Positions 10,632 through 21,606 of a stretch of DNA of 64,000 nucleotides are shown here, piece after piece (positions within the stretch are counted from its first letter, which is position 1; each line of letters starts with the position of its first letter). The position numbers and the translations under genes are program-made. The stretch comes from Acidobacteriota bacterium (GTDB taxonomy: Bacteria > Acidobacteriota > UBA890 > WLXD01), in assembly GCA_965248695.1 (NCBI GenBank), contig CBDFKD010000002.1, forward strand, positions 416,001 through 480,000. The letters run 5' to 3'. Below the pieces are notes generated by a model that worked only from the letters and a program-made list of their open reading frames with translations, had not been told where the DNA came from and searched no databases.

Positions 10632-12357
10632 TCACGAGTGGCTGGCCCCGGAGGCACTCAGGCCCGCCCACCAAAGCACTCCGATGAAGAATCCCTGCAG
10701 GGCGACGCGCGGAACGAGCGGCGTTACCGGCGCACCGCCGATCGTAGCTCCCGAGAGCGCGGCATGAACGTTCGCCGGCAGCAGGGCCACAAGCATCAGG
10801 ATCAACGCAATCGAGGCGAGACGGCGTGTCCGTGGAACGAGAAGCCCGACCGCACCGAGAATCTCGCACAACCCCGTGAGGGTAACCATGAGGCCAGGCG
10901 CCGGCACAAACGGCGGCACCATGGTGACCTGACCCCGCGGTTAGTACCATGTCTTATCTCAGTAACTCGGTGCTGACAAGAGGTTGTTGAGGCCGGCGAA
11001 GCGGAGCGCAGCCGGCTTCAACAACGTCGCTTCGGGTGCGGGCGGCCGATAGCTCAGCGAGCTGTGCGGTCGCATGCGGTTGTAGTGCTGACGCCATCTC
11101 TCGATCAGAACCTTTGCCTCCTTGAGCGTGTAGAAGATCTCTCCATCCAGCAGCTCGTCGCGTAGCTTGCCGTTGAAGCTCTCCACGTAACCGTTCTCCC
11201 ACGGCGAGCCCGGCTCGATGAACAGCGTCCCCACGCCCAACCGGCCCAGCCAGTCGCGAACCGCCTCGGCGGTGAACTCTGGTCCGTTATCCGACCGGAT
11301 GTGCTCAGGTATGCCCCGGTGTACGAACAACCTCCCGAGCTGCTCCAGCACGTCCTCAGAGTTGAGCTTCCGTGCTACATGGATCGCCAGGCTTTCTCGT
11401 GTGTACTCATCGACGATCGTCAGCAGCCTCATAGCCCGACCGTCGTGCGTCCGGTGGTGCAGGAAGTCATACGCCCAGACATGATCCCGGTGCTGTGGGC
11501 GCAGCCGGATGCAGGAGCCATCGCTCAGCCACAGCCGTGCTCGTTTGGGCTGTTTTCTCGGTACTTTCAGCCCTTCGCGCCGCCAGATACGCTGCACTCG
11601 TTTGTGGTTCACGGACCAGCCCTCCATGCGCAGCAACGCTGTCACCCTCCGATATCCGTAGCGCCCGTACTGTCGGGCTAAATCCACGATCCGCTCCGTC
11701 AAAATCTGCTCCTGTTGCGGCTCTCTTGGCACGTACCGGTGTGTCGTGCGTGGTTGTTTCAGTACCCGACACGCCCGCCTCTCCGAGACGCCCAGCCGCC
11801 CCCGTACATGTGCCACCGCCTCTCGCCGCCGAGCTGGGCTCAGAAGTTTCCCTCCGCCACTTCCTTCAGGATCGACAGGTCGAGTTCCTTTTCCGCCACC
11901 AGCCTCTTGAGCCGGGCATTCTCCTTCTCCAGTTGCTTGAGCTTTCTGGCCTGGTTGAGCTTCAGTCCGCCGTACTCTCGCCGCCACCGGTAGTAGGTGT
12001 GCTCGGTGATTGCTAGCTTGCGGCAGGCATCCTTGACCGTCGCCCCTCGAGCCAGCTCCACCTCAGCCTCCCGGAGCTTGCGTACGATCTGCTCGGCGCT
12101 GTGCCTCTTACTCGGCATTCTGACCTCCCGTTCTTGACCCAGATCGTGAGATTACATCCGGATCCGTTTTCGGGGGTCAGGTCAATGGCAATCAAGTCTG
12201 GTCGTAGGCTGTTGAAGTGGGCCGCGGCCGTAAAGCTGAACATGAACGCCAACCCCACTCGCGCCGCCATCGCCCAGTCCCGCAGCCGCGCTGGGCCGAC
12301 CTGTCCGACCAGCCGCGCCAGCGTTGTGGTCACAACGAGGACGATCAGCGGTGCCAT
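10632..12357 (-). pseudogene. DoxX-family membrane protein split by IS3 copy 1
   Basis: 12357-12185 (...TAAAHFNSLRPDLIA) rejoins 10924-10632 (MVPPFVPAP...LLPANVHAA) once the IS and one ATGG are removed. Confidence 0.9.
10925..12184 (-). mobile_element. IS3-family element (IS407-like), copy 1, 1260 bp
   Basis: TGACCTGACCCC termini; 4-bp TSD ATGG (10921-10924, 12185-12188); orfA 11840-12118; DDE orfB to 10959; GGGAAAC -1 slippery site. Confidence 0.97.
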
Positions 12358-12410
12358 GTGCTTCTCAAGCCGCGAACGCCGGGCCTCATTCTGTGCATCC
12401 AGCGAGGCTC

Positions 12411-12872
12411 CTAGTCGGCCGCCGTGCGCATCAGCGTGATCACATCCTGAGATGTGAGGGCGATGGAACGAGGATCGTCATTCCCCGGCGGGCCTGGCTC
12501 CAGGTCCATGCGCAGCGTGTCTTCGTCGACGAACTCCACGAGGCCGTACATCACGAACCCCACCAACGGCCCGGTCTCGAACCCCGAAAGATCGATGCAC
12601 AAGCGCCCGTCTCGCGCGGCGGCAGCGTAGGAGAGGTTCATGGTCTCGGGACCGGATGGGAGCTGAACGACCCAGGTTGCGGTTTGGTCAGCGGAGAACG
12701 TGAACGACATCGATCCGCGGGTGTCGTTCTGACCCTCCCACGAGCCGAGCAGACGCCCAGCTAGGTCGTTAGATGAGCCCTGTTGCGATGCGCCGTCCAC
12801 GGGCTCGTCGCCTGCACCACAGGCGATCGTCGATGCGAGCACCATCAGCGCCACAGCGGTGGTTCTGCGCAT
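12411..12872 (-). CDS. Hypothetical lipoprotein
   Basis: MRRT...TIAC lipobox; LLGSWEG beta-barrel-like start. Confidence 0.65.
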   Translation of the reverse strand: MRRTTAVALMVLASTIACGAGDEPVDGASQQGSSNDLAGRLLGSWEGQNDTRGSMSFTFSADQTATWVVQLPSGPETMNLSYAAAARDGRLCIDLSGFETGPLVGFVMYGLVEFVDEDTLRMDLEPGPPGNDDPRSIALTSQDVITLMRTAAD

Positions 12873-12977
12873 CGTCTCCAGCGGCTGTCTTGTCGTGTGC
12901 GGATGCGGCGATTCTGCCTCGTGCTCTCCCGTGCCTCAATGGGCGCTGGCGGACATCCGCCGAGCCGGCAGCGAGTC

Positions 12978-13534
12978 TCATTGCGGATCAGGCTCGGCGA
13001 TGCCCTGACGCACGATGCCACACCATAGCGCCACGGCGAGGCTAAGCAAGCAGCCAATCAAGAACCAGAGGGTCCACGTCGGCGGGAAGAAGAGGCCTCT
13101 CAACGTGCTGAACAATCCCAGTCCCGCCGCCGTCCCGACCATGTACGCGCCGCGCTCGACGATCCCGCTCAAGCGGTGTTGCGGTTGCTCGCGGTGCGCA
13201 CGCGACGAATGATCACGAAGTTGGCGATGATCCCGAAGAAAAGCAGCGCCCCCAGCGTCGCGGTTGCGGACCAGAGCACCAGCACACCCGCGAGCACCTG
13301 CACCAAACCGAGAAAGTGCCAGTAGGGACCGGATTGATACAGCGTCTCGAAGAACCCCCCGATATCCGTCGTCGGGCTCATCGTCGTGAATCGCCGACCC
13401 AGGAGCTTGACCATGCCGGTCGGGATGAAGCCCACGGCCAGCAGCACGCGGGTGCCCGGCGCGAGGCGATACAACACCGGCCGAGCGCGCACCCAACGTT
13501 GCAAGCTTGTGAGACGTTGATCTAAGTAGGACAT
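12978..13534 (-). pseudogene. DoxX-like membrane protein with internal deletion and frameshift near 13205
   Basis: TRVLLAVGFIPTG.VK...FFETLYQSGPYW N-terminus stops early; hydrophobic C-terminus is in another frame. Confidence 0.65.
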
Positions 13535-13582
13535 GCAGGTGAACCCAGCCTAGTGGAGATCGCGAGGCAGCTCACGGAGATC

Positions 13583-14218
13583 ATGCTCATGAGATTGCAT
13601 CACCGCACCCGCGCCACCCACCGTGCCGTAGCTGTAGCCTCCTTGCTCGTGCTGGCGCAGCCAAGTCCCGCACCGGTCGAAGCTCACGAGACTGCGTTAT
13701 CCCAGACGGCAACCCTGACTCTCGTGTTCCAGGCCGCGACGCCGGACGACGCGGCGGCGCGCGACGAGTACGAGGCAATCTGGCAGGCGGAAGGCGCGCA
13801 GATCGTCGCCGCGATGCGTAACTACACCGGTCTCGACTTCGAGGAGAGCGAGAACATCGTCCATGTGATCGTCGTGGAAGAGGCCAGCTCGTCGGGGTTT
13901 GGCGACAGGCCGATGCGAATCCGTTCGAGTTACCCCTCCGACACCAAGCGGGCGACCCTCATCCACGAGCTCGGCCACCGTCTCCACGGACGCTTCTTTT
14001 ATCGCGGCGACGAGGACCATCCGACGCTGTTCCTGTACATCTACGACATCTGGGTTGACCTGTACGGTCAGGAGTTCGCCGACGCGCAGGTAACCGTGGA
14101 GAGCCGGCGGCGCGGGCTGTACGACTACGAGGGCGCCTGGAGAGATGCCCTGGCGTTGTCGAAAGAGCAGCGGGCGACCCGACTTCAGGACGAGCTAGCT
14201 TCCAGAATACGCTCGTAG
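13583..14218 (+). CDS. Secreted protein with HExxH zinc-metallopeptidase motif
   Basis: Signal-like N-terminus; TLIHELGH. Confidence 0.65.
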   Translation: MLMRLHHRTRATHRAVAVASLLVLAQPSPAPVEAHETALSQTATLTLVFQAATPDDAAARDEYEAIWQAEGAQIVAAMRNYTGLDFEESENIVHVIVVEEASSSGFGDRPMRIRSSYPSDTKRATLIHELGHRLHGRFFYRGDEDHPTLFLYIYDIWVDLYGQEFADAQVTVESRRRGLYDYEGAWRDALALSKEQRATRLQDELASRIRS

Positions 14219-14247
14219 CTGGAGGCTCGCCGCCGGTAGCTAGACTC

Positions 14248-16668
14248 CTACTGCTCGCTTAATCGCGCCAGCGCCTGGTCGAGATGGCGCCGGTACTCCT
14301 CTCGGTCCTGCGGCCGCAACCATGCGTCGCGCTCGTCCACACGGCGCCAGATCTCCTCGATCACCGCCGCCAGAAACTCCGCGGAAGCGCGCGATGCGTC
14401 GTTCGGGCCGGCGTCCTCGAAGAACACCGGCGACGTGTGTGCGAACGTGTAGTTGTCGCCGGAGTAGCGAGCCTTGCCGCCCCGCGCCCGCACCGCAACC
14501 CAACGCGCATCTCGCACCGCTACGGACTCGCTGGCCCGCAGCCGGTTCTGACCCTCGGGCACCGGAATCGAGTGCGCGACGCGGCCATCGACCAGGATCT
14601 CGATCACATCCACCGGCGCGATGGTCGCCAGATCAACCGAGACCGTGGCACGCTCGCGTCCGGCAATCCGCGATCCCGGCTCGTGACCGTCCACTTTCGC
14701 GAACAGAAGCGGTCCGTTTGTGGCAACCGTGCGTTCGGCACGCACCGCCTCGACCCAGCGACGCCAGGTCAGCGCACCTTCCACGCGAGCGTAGGTGCGC
14801 GCCGTCCCCCCGGAGGGATCTCGCCAGACGTTGGAGAAGTTGTCCGTGCCTCCGGTTGCCGCCAGTTGGATGCCCACATTGAGCATGTGGTGGTACATCG
14901 CGGCGCTGGCCATCTCGTCCGAAGCGATGGACACGACATCGTAGAACTCACCACGGCGAAGAAGGAGATGGATGGGAATGTCCGACTGAGCGGCGCCGGC
15001 GACCGTGGCGACGTCCTCGACGCTACCGGTGTACGGGTGCAGGAAGCCGCTGACCCCGCCGAGGGCGTAGACCGCGTCCAGATACCCGAGCTTGAGGCCG
15101 TCGGCAGGGTACGGCGATCCACGCGTGCCGCCGATGAACGGAGTGAGGAACTCTCGCAACCCGAGCAGCGCCACATGCCCGAAGGAGCCGCGGAACTCCT
15201 GGCTGTACCGCAGGATGGTGTCGGCGGTGGACCCGGCATAGTTCTCGCCGGTCAGGTCGCTCCGCCGACCCATGATCTTGGTGCCATCCATGTGGATCAG
15301 GTCGTTGGTGACGTGAAGATCGTCGGCGCGTAGCTGATCGAAAAACTCGCTCTGCGTGAGGCCCCAACGCCCCTCGTGCAAATCGTGGACGTGCGTGTCG
15401 CCCGACACCCAACCGGATTGCCGCGGATCCGCTAGCCGCTCCATGCGTAGCTCGACCGTTACGGTCTCGCCGGAGGCGGCATCGACGGTGACGTCGGCGG
15501 GGAGCCACTCGAAGCCCCGCACAGCCTCGAGGCGCACTGCTCCCGCCGGAACGGTGACCTCGAACTCGCCGTCAGAGTGGAAGTAGTGGATCTCGTTGGC
15601 CGGGCTCACGCGGTGAAAGGCGGCGGCAGGGACGTAGCCCCGGCCGTCGGATGCCATCAGCTGGATCCGGGCAGGCACGATCGCGCCGTCGGCTCCGATC
15701 ACTCGGCCGCGCACCGTGGCGGTCTCATATCGCGGCGACAGGCGAGCCTGCTCGACCAGATCCCACGATGGGCGGCGGCCGCCGAAGCCGGACACGACGT
15801 GAAGGGCGGTGGGACCATCCTGATTGCCTACGAACGCCACGCGATGGCCGTCGGGACGCATCGCCGGTGCAAACTCGTCGAGGGGTTCGGTGGTCAACCG
15901 AACGGCGTTGCCTCCCGCGGCCGATACGGTCGCCAGGTCGTAGGACCCGGCAGCGTCGGAGGCGAACACCAGGGCAGCTCCATCCGGCGTCCACGCGGGC
16001 GCGGCGCGATAGCTGGTTTCCTCGTAGTGCACCAGTCGCGCTTCGCCGCCACTCATGGGAACAATCCAGATCCCTCCACTTCCAAGGCGCCCCCTGACCC
16101 GCGCGATAAACGCAAGCTGTGTTCCATCGGGAGATGGGGCCGGCTGGAACTGATGTCCGCTTCCGCCTACGAGGGTCTCGACTGCGCCGGTCGCCACCTC
16201 GTGGCGCAGGATGTCGAAATCCCCTTCGCGCGCCGAGGCGAAGACGACGAATCGTCCATCCGGCGTCCACGCGGGCTGAACGTCCACCGCGGCATCGGAA
16301 GTCAGGCGTCGAAACTCCGTGCCGTCGGCCCGGACTACGGCGATATCCAGATTGCCGTCAGTGTCTACGGCAAGCGCAATCCACTCACCGTCCGGGCTCC
16401 AGGCCGGCTCGAAGTGATACCCAGGACCCTGCGTGATGGCCCATGCGTGATCCGTCCCGACGATCTGAGCCCAGATATCGCCGCGCATCGAGTAGGCCAG
16501 CGTCAAGCCGTCCGGGTGCCAGCTCGGATCCAGCGGAGTGCTGGTAACCGCCGGGAGCATGTGGAGCTCCACCCGGGTGGCTAGCCCGTAGCGGGCCACC
16601 TGCGCGTCTGCCGCGGAGAGAGTAGCGATCACCACGGCGCCGGTGAGAAACAAGAGCCGACGTGTCAT
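14248..16668 (-). CDS. TolB-like beta-propeller + CehA/McbA-family (PHP-like) metallohydrolase
   Basis: Repeated PAW[S/T]PDG motifs; WVSGDTHVH; GGTD; TNGPLL; AHTSP. Confidence 0.85.
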   Translation of the reverse strand: MTRRLLFLTGAVVIATLSAADAQVARYGLATRVELHMLPAVTSTPLDPSWHPDGLTLAYSMRGDIWAQIVGTDHAWAITQGPGYHFEPAWSPDGEWIALAVDTDGNLDIAVVRADGTEFRRLTSDAAVDVQPAWTPDGRFVVFASAREGDFDILRHEVATGAVETLVGGSGHQFQPAPSPDGTQLAFIARVRGRLGSGGIWIVPMSGGEARLVHYEETSYRAAPAWTPDGAALVFASDAAGSYDLATVSAAGGNAVRLTTEPLDEFAPAMRPDGHRVAFVGNQDGPTALHVVSGFGGRRPSWDLVEQARLSPRYETATVRGRVIGADGAIVPARIQLMASDGRGYVPAAAFHRVSPANEIHYFHSDGEFEVTVPAGAVRLEAVRGFEWLPADVTVDAASGETVTVELRMERLADPRQSGWVSGDTHVHDLHEGRWGLTQSEFFDQLRADDLHVTNDLIHMDGTKIMGRRSDLTGENYAGSTADTILRYSQEFRGSFGHVALLGLREFLTPFIGGTRGSPYPADGLKLGYLDAVYALGGVSGFLHPYTGSVEDVATVAGAAQSDIPIHLLLRRGEFYDVVSIASDEMASAAMYHHMLNVGIQLAATGGTDNFSNVWRDPSGGTARTYARVEGALTWRRWVEAVRAERTVATNGPLLFAKVDGHEPGSRIAGRERATVSVDLATIAPVDVIEILVDGRVAHSIPVPEGQNRLRASESVAVRDARWVAVRARGGKARYSGDNYTFAHTSPVFFEDAGPNDASRASAEFLAAVIEEIWRRVDERDAWLRPQDREEYRRHLDQALARLSEQ

Positions 16669-16737
16669 TTCCAGACTCTCCCGCATTCGGTCTCCAGTGC
16701 GTCACCAACTTCTATCATCAGGCCGGCAAGCGAGTCT

Positions 16738-17511
16738 CTATCGGACCGCCAACTCGGCGACGGAAGCGACGATAACCTCCTGGCGCCGGACGGTCAGCTC
16801 TGCGAGCCGAACCTTGCCGGGCAGCGTGCGAATGCGAGTCCAATACTCCTGATAGTCACCGAGAGAATCGAAGCCCAGGAATCTCAGATAGTGCCAGCCA
16901 TCCGAGACCAGGAAGCGTCCGGTCGTGGATGGGATTCCGGCAGCCTCCTCCCACGCCACCACCGTCATTTCGAGGGCCTCTTCGAAGGCGTTTGCCTGTC
17001 CGGGAGCGGTCCGATACCAGACGAACGCCGTCCGACTGCGGGACGAGGCGTCTCCTGAGCCCAGCGATGGAAGCATCTCGACGAACTGGTCGGTGTGCCC
17101 CGAGATCAGGCCGCCGATCTGACCATAGAAGCTGCCGATGCCGGCGCCGGACAGATAGGCGTTGGAGATGTCCATACCGGCCATACCGCGGAAAGCGCTC
17201 ACCATGACGAGGTCGAGGGGAATGGAGCTCTCCACCTCGCGGAACGCCCGGAACGACAGCATCGCCGCGTCCGCCTCGTAGAGCGGCAGCGCGTGCTGGC
17301 GGAACACGTCGATGGCGTCGGCGGACTTTCCCGGAACGAAGGAGAACGTCACGATCTGCCGCACCTCCGCCTCAACCGGGACTTGCCCGCCAACCGCTCC
17401 AGAAGCGATACCCGTCAGTACGGCACACACCGGAGCAGCCAGGAAAACGGCCGCCAATCCAGATCGAGCTGCCATGAAACTCCGAAACGGTCGTTGACCC
17501 AAGAACCCCAT
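16738..17511 (-). CDS. Hypothetical secreted protein (two ABM/NIPSNAP-like halves)
   Basis: Signal-like segment then two similar alpha/beta units; start uncertain. Confidence 0.55.
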   Translation of the reverse strand: MGFLGQRPFRSFMAARSGLAAVFLAAPVCAVLTGIASGAVGGQVPVEAEVRQIVTFSFVPGKSADAIDVFRQHALPLYEADAAMLSFRAFREVESSIPLDLVMVSAFRGMAGMDISNAYLSGAGIGSFYGQIGGLISGHTDQFVEMLPSLGSGDASSRSRTAFVWYRTAPGQANAFEEALEMTVVAWEEAAGIPSTTGRFLVSDGWHYLRFLGFDSLGDYQEYWTRIRTLPGKVRLAELTVRRQEVIVASVAELAVR

Positions 17512-17621
17512 GGGCCATTGTCCTTCCCTTGTGGGCGCGCGGCTACCGCCACGACGATCATCGAGATCGTCAGGAGCGACAGAATCAGCAGTGCTGCCGG
17601 GAGCCAGCGCAGCGGTGCTGT

Positions 17622-18218
17622 TCAAACGGCGTTATGAGGCTTCCTGCCTGCTCCTATCAGCGGGCTCAGCGATGTGTCGTTGACGATGATGGTGAAGGCA
17701 ACGTCCACCGACAAGACTTCGAGCCCCGCCGTCTCCAGCGCATCACGAATCGCGTCCCGAGTCAGACCGTGCGCTTCCTCCTCGTCCGGATCCAGCTCCC
17801 AGTCCCACTGCACGAGTATCCCCCCGGGTCTCAACTGAGAAACCAGCCGGGCCAGCGTGCCGGGGTAGTCGGTCAGGAAGCCGCAAACCGACGAACAGAC
17901 GACAACGTCGTACAGCCGATCGTCCGTGTGTAGTTCAGCGAGCGGTCGAACGTTCTTCAGCCACCGTTGAGCAACCTTGGCCTTGAGCACATCCAGCATG
18001 CCTTCGGAGCTATCAACGGCGTCGATGCTCCCGCATTCCACCGCGAGTCGCTCGGCCAACAGTCCGGTGCCACAACCGAAATCACAGACATGAGCGCCCG
18101 CCAACTGCAGATCGCTGTCCGCTAGCAGCTTCTCCAGCGATGCGAGAGCAGCGTCGGCGTACGCCTGAGCGCCTTCGTTCTCATCCCAGGTGGCGGCGTA
18201 GTCATCCCACTCAGTCAC
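17622..18218 (-). CDS. Class I SAM-dependent methyltransferase
   Basis: WDDYAATWD; DFGCGTG; VDSS.GML; LRPGG. Confidence 0.9.
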   Translation of the reverse strand: MTEWDDYAATWDENEGAQAYADAALASLEKLLADSDLQLAGAHVCDFGCGTGLLAERLAVECGSIDAVDSSEGMLDVLKAKVAQRWLKNVRPLAELHTDDRLYDVVVCSSVCGFLTDYPGTLARLVSQLRPGGILVQWDWELDPDEEEAHGLTRDAIRDALETAGLEVLSVDVAFTIIVNDTSLSPLIGAGRKPHNAV

Positions 18219-18234
18219 GGCATTGCTACTCGAG

Positions 18235-18975
18235 CTAGCGCCCCACTTGGTGACTCAGCGACCAGCCCCGCAGCTGGTCCATTGCCGAGTAGGCGGTCCA
18301 GTCGAAGAGCAGCGGCGTAATTGTGATCATGTCGCGCATGTACGCTTCCGTATCACTCTCGTCAGGGAAGCTGGTCTCGAGACCGATTCTCGGACCGAAG
18401 CGTCGGCCATCTGGCCCGGCCTCGAGCTCCTCATAGGCGAACCGCAGATAGCTCCCTCCCATCTTCGCCACGGTGACGCCGGCAATCTCGGCTTCCGAAG
18501 CTCTGGGGATGTTGATCGACAGCACCACCCCGGGCATCGCCGGACGTTGCAGCAGATCTTCGACGAACTCGGCGACGAACCGGGCCGGGTAATCGAAGTC
18601 TGCGCTGCTCACGACGAGGTCGAAGCCGCCCTCCGGAGCGAGCGTGGTGATCGCCAGCATCACTGCCCCTGCCGGGGTCGTATCGACGCAGGTTTCAATC
18701 GCGTTGTCCCGGTGTATCGGACGCACGATGAGCTCGTCTCTCAGCGCCACCGACATGCTGCTGCCGCTGCGCTCGCCGCAGGGCGCCACCACATGGACTC
18801 GACCAACGCCCCTGAGCTTCTGAGCGAGCACCCGGATTCCCGCCGACTCGATCCCGTCATCGTTCGTCAGCAGGATGTCGTACGGATCCGTTTGCCCGTA
18901 TGCCGGCGTCACAACGAACGCGGTCAGCAAGATGAACACCGGAACGGCACCGAGACAAGCGGGTTTCTTGATCAC
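18235..18975 (-). pseudogene. surE: SurE-family 5'/3'-nucleotidase with signal peptide and in-frame internal deletion
   Basis: ILLTNDDGI, VVAP, TITPL present; conserved SGIN.G.N...YSGTV block absent (DLVVSS joined to ADFDY near 18606). Confidence 0.8.
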
Positions 18976-19138
18976 GAACCGCTCCGTTGGTAGTGCCAGA
19001 GGTGCCACTTCCGGGGGCCTGCGACACAGCGTCTGGCATTGCTTGCCTCCTGGCCAATCGAGCCGACGAGGCACCCTATCGCCACTTCCGGTGAACTCCT
19101 AGTCGCCTCTCCGCAGCAGTTCGGTCAGTGCCGCTTGG

Positions 19139-19378
19139 ATGATCGGAACGACCCTGGTGCTGACCGGTGTCGGCATGGCGCTCGACAAGGCCTTCGGCGA
19201 CCACATGATGATCGAGGCACTGCTGCACTCCACGTTCTTCATTGCCTTGACGGTCTCCAGCCGAAGCACCTTCCTGCAGCCCTATTCGCGGGCGGCGCGC
19301 AACGGCATCGTTGTTCTGGGCTGTCTCGGCTGGTACGCGTTCTTCCTGGTGATGAACGTGGTGGCGAAGTTGACGTGA
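19139..19378 (+). CDS. Small membrane protein or C-terminal fragment
   Basis: 79-aa hydrophobic ORF, no clear RBS. Confidence 0.4.
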   Translation: MIGTTLVLTGVGMALDKAFGDHMMIEALLHSTFFIALTVSSRSTFLQPYSRAARNGIVVLGCLGWYAFFLVMNVVAKLT

Positions 19379-19400
19379 GGTCGGCTCCGGTTTGACTGAT

Positions 19401-19425
19401 CGGTAAGTCTTCAGTTACGGTAAGT
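19401..19425. promoter_or_regulatory. Probable ArsR autoregulatory operator
   Basis: Imperfect palindrome GTAAGT..CAGTTAC plus direct repeat CGGTAAGTC immediately before the arsR-like ATG. Confidence 0.5.
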
Positions 19426-19426
19426 C

Positions 19427-19738
19427 ATGCCTTACGCTCAAGTTCTCACCGCCCTGGCAGACCCGACGCGCCGACACGTCCTGGAAGCGCTGCGCGAACG
19501 GCCCAAGACTGTGGGTGAGCTAGCGGCAGCGCAGCCCGTGAGCCGGCCCGCCGTGTCGCAACACCTGAAGGTCCTCGTGGCTGCGAGGCTGGTTCGAGCC
19601 GAGCCACAAGGAACTCGTCGCCTGTACTCCATCAGGCGCGATGGGCTCGACGAGCTGCGACAATATCTGGAGAGTTTCTGGTCAGACGCCTTGGCCGCTT
19701 ATGGCGCCGAGATCGCCCGGCGCATGACAGACGAATAG
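19427..19738 (+). CDS. ArsR/SmtB family transcription factor
   Basis: ALADPTRR...VGELA...SRPAVSQHLKVL...GTRRLY. Confidence 0.93.
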   Translation: MPYAQVLTALADPTRRHVLEALRERPKTVGELAAAQPVSRPAVSQHLKVLVAARLVRAEPQGTRRLYSIRRDGLDELRQYLESFWSDALAAYGAEIARRMTDE

Positions 19739-19747
19739 GACGAAGAC

Positions 19748-20203
19748 ATGCTCGATCCGATTATCAAGACCATCGAGGTTCCCTGCAGCCAGGAAGCCGC
19801 CTTCCGCGTTTTCGTGCACGAAATGGGCAGCTGGTGGCCGCTGGACCGGCGTTCGATGTCGATGCGCAGCGGCAAGCCTGCCAAGTCGTTGCGTGTCGAA
19901 CCGAATCAGGGCGGCAAGATCGTCGAGATCGGACACGACGACACCGAGCACCTGTGGGGCACGATCACGTCTTACGACCCGAACGACTCGGTCAGCATGG
20001 ACTTTCATATGGGTATGCCGCCAGATTCCGCCAGCCTGGTGGAAGTCCGGTTTGTCGCCCTCGGGGACCAACAAACCCGGGTCGAGCTCACCCAGAGCAA
20101 CTGGGAAGCGTTTGGGGACATGGCCGAGATGATGCGGAACGGGTACGGTTCCGGTTGGGTCATCATTTTCGAGGAAGCGTTCAAGTCGGCTTGTGGCGGC
20201 TGA
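19748..20203 (+). CDS. SRPBCC (AHSA1-like) protein, ArsR partner
   Basis: AFRVF...WWP...VEVRF...TRVELTQSNWE...GSGW. Confidence 0.88.
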   Translation: MLDPIIKTIEVPCSQEAAFRVFVHEMGSWWPLDRRSMSMRSGKPAKSLRVEPNQGGKIVEIGHDDTEHLWGTITSYDPNDSVSMDFHMGMPPDSASLVEVRFVALGDQQTRVELTQSNWEAFGDMAEMMRNGYGSGWVIIFEEAFKSACGG

Positions 20204-20254
20204 CCCGAGGCGCTCGCACCCGTACCCATGACTCCGCCACGCACTGGTGATTCG

Positions 20255-21169
20255 ATGAAGCTCGCATCCCTGCTTCTTGCTTGCGTCCTAGCCGGGCCCG
20301 TTGCCGCACAAGAGGTGCAATCGGAGCTTTTCCGCAACCGAATCAAGGATGTTCCCCAACTACCGATGGACCGCACCGAGCTGGTGGTCAGCCCGGCGCT
20401 GGGTTTCGAGGGAATCTCAGCGATGTCGGTCGATGAGCATGGGAATGTGTACGTGCTTCATCGGCCGACCACTGGAGATCCGTTGGTCGTGCTGGATCCG
20501 ACGGGACGCGTCCTGCGGTCCTGGGGCGCGGGCATGTTCGCCATTCCGCATGGCATTCGCATCGATCCTGCCGGCAACGTCTGGACCGTGGACTCCAACA
20601 CATCCAAGGTCTACAAGTTCACGCCGGAAGGGGCGCGGCTGCTCGAAATTCAGATCGACCTGCCTGAAACAGGAAGAGGATTCTGCGGCGCCGCCGACAT
20701 CGCTTTCGCGAGCAACGGAAACATCCTCGTCGCTGACGGGTACTGCAACGGACGCGTGGTGGTGTTCGACCCGGCCGGACACCAGGTACACGAATGGGGC
20801 ACTCGCGGCACCGATCCGGGTCAGTTCGTCGTCGCCCACTCCGTCGCCGTCGGCCCCGATGGAATCGTGTACGTCGCCGATCGCGAGAACGGCCGTCTGC
20901 AGTCGTTCGATCAGGACGGGGGGCTCCTCGACACGTGGCAGTTCGCCCGACAACTCTTCAGCGTCGCCTTCAGCCCGACCGGGGGGCTTTTCATTTGCGT
21001 GAACTTAGGCGGGGATCCGGAAGAGTCCTATCTGGTCAAGCTTGATCCGGCTACGGGCGACATGCTCGGACGCATGGACGGCTATGGCCACGAGCTGGCG
21101 TTCTCGGCAGACGGCGCTCTGTGGGCAGCCACGAACGGTAGTGAGGTGCTGGCGTTTCGACCTCGCTGA
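20255..21169 (+). CDS. Secreted NHL-repeat (PAM lyase-like) beta-propeller
   Basis: PHGIRIDP.GNVW, VADGYCNGRV, PGQF.VAHSVA, VYVADRENGR. Confidence 0.88.
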   Translation: MKLASLLLACVLAGPVAAQEVQSELFRNRIKDVPQLPMDRTELVVSPALGFEGISAMSVDEHGNVYVLHRPTTGDPLVVLDPTGRVLRSWGAGMFAIPHGIRIDPAGNVWTVDSNTSKVYKFTPEGARLLEIQIDLPETGRGFCGAADIAFASNGNILVADGYCNGRVVVFDPAGHQVHEWGTRGTDPGQFVVAHSVAVGPDGIVYVADRENGRLQSFDQDGGLLDTWQFARQLFSVAFSPTGGLFICVNLGGDPEESYLVKLDPATGDMLGRMDGYGHELAFSADGALWAATNGSEVLAFRPR

Positions 21170-21231
21170 CAAGGGCCGAGACGTCGACGAATCGGATCGT
21201 CGACCGGACAGCGCGCCGCCGACAACGCCGG

Positions 21232-21606
21232 CTACCGTTCGCCCGACACAGTAGTGATCTCAGCTGACATCCCATTCCTGGCGCGCTCCACCAGGACGAC
21301 AGCGGCCATGAGAACCGGCACAACGGAGACGAGCGCGAATGTGTTCTGCCCGGTCAAGAACAACATCACAGCGGAGGCCGAGAACGTTGTCGCCGCCACC
21401 GCCGCTCCCCAACGTCTCGTTTTTCGAAACACGAGGAAAACGCCACCGGCGACCTGAAGCAAGCCAAACACGACGACCGAATTGTCAGTGAGTCCGGCCC
21501 TTTCGAAGAACCCGATCTCCTGGGGCAATCGCATGAGCTTGGGGATTCCGGCGGTAATGCTCAGTGCGGTCACCAAGACAAAGTTGATCTTGCGTAGGGA
21601 CGTCAC
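21232..21606 (-). CDS. DoxX-like membrane protein
   Basis: GTG start; AGIPKL...E..FF...FGLLQVAGG. Confidence 0.7.
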   Translation of the reverse strand: MTSLRKINFVLVTALSITAGIPKLMRLPQEIGFFERAGLTDNSVVVFGLLQVAGGVFLVFRKTRRWGAAVAATTFSASAVMLFLTGQNTFALVSVVPVLMAAVVLVERARNGMSAEITTVSGER

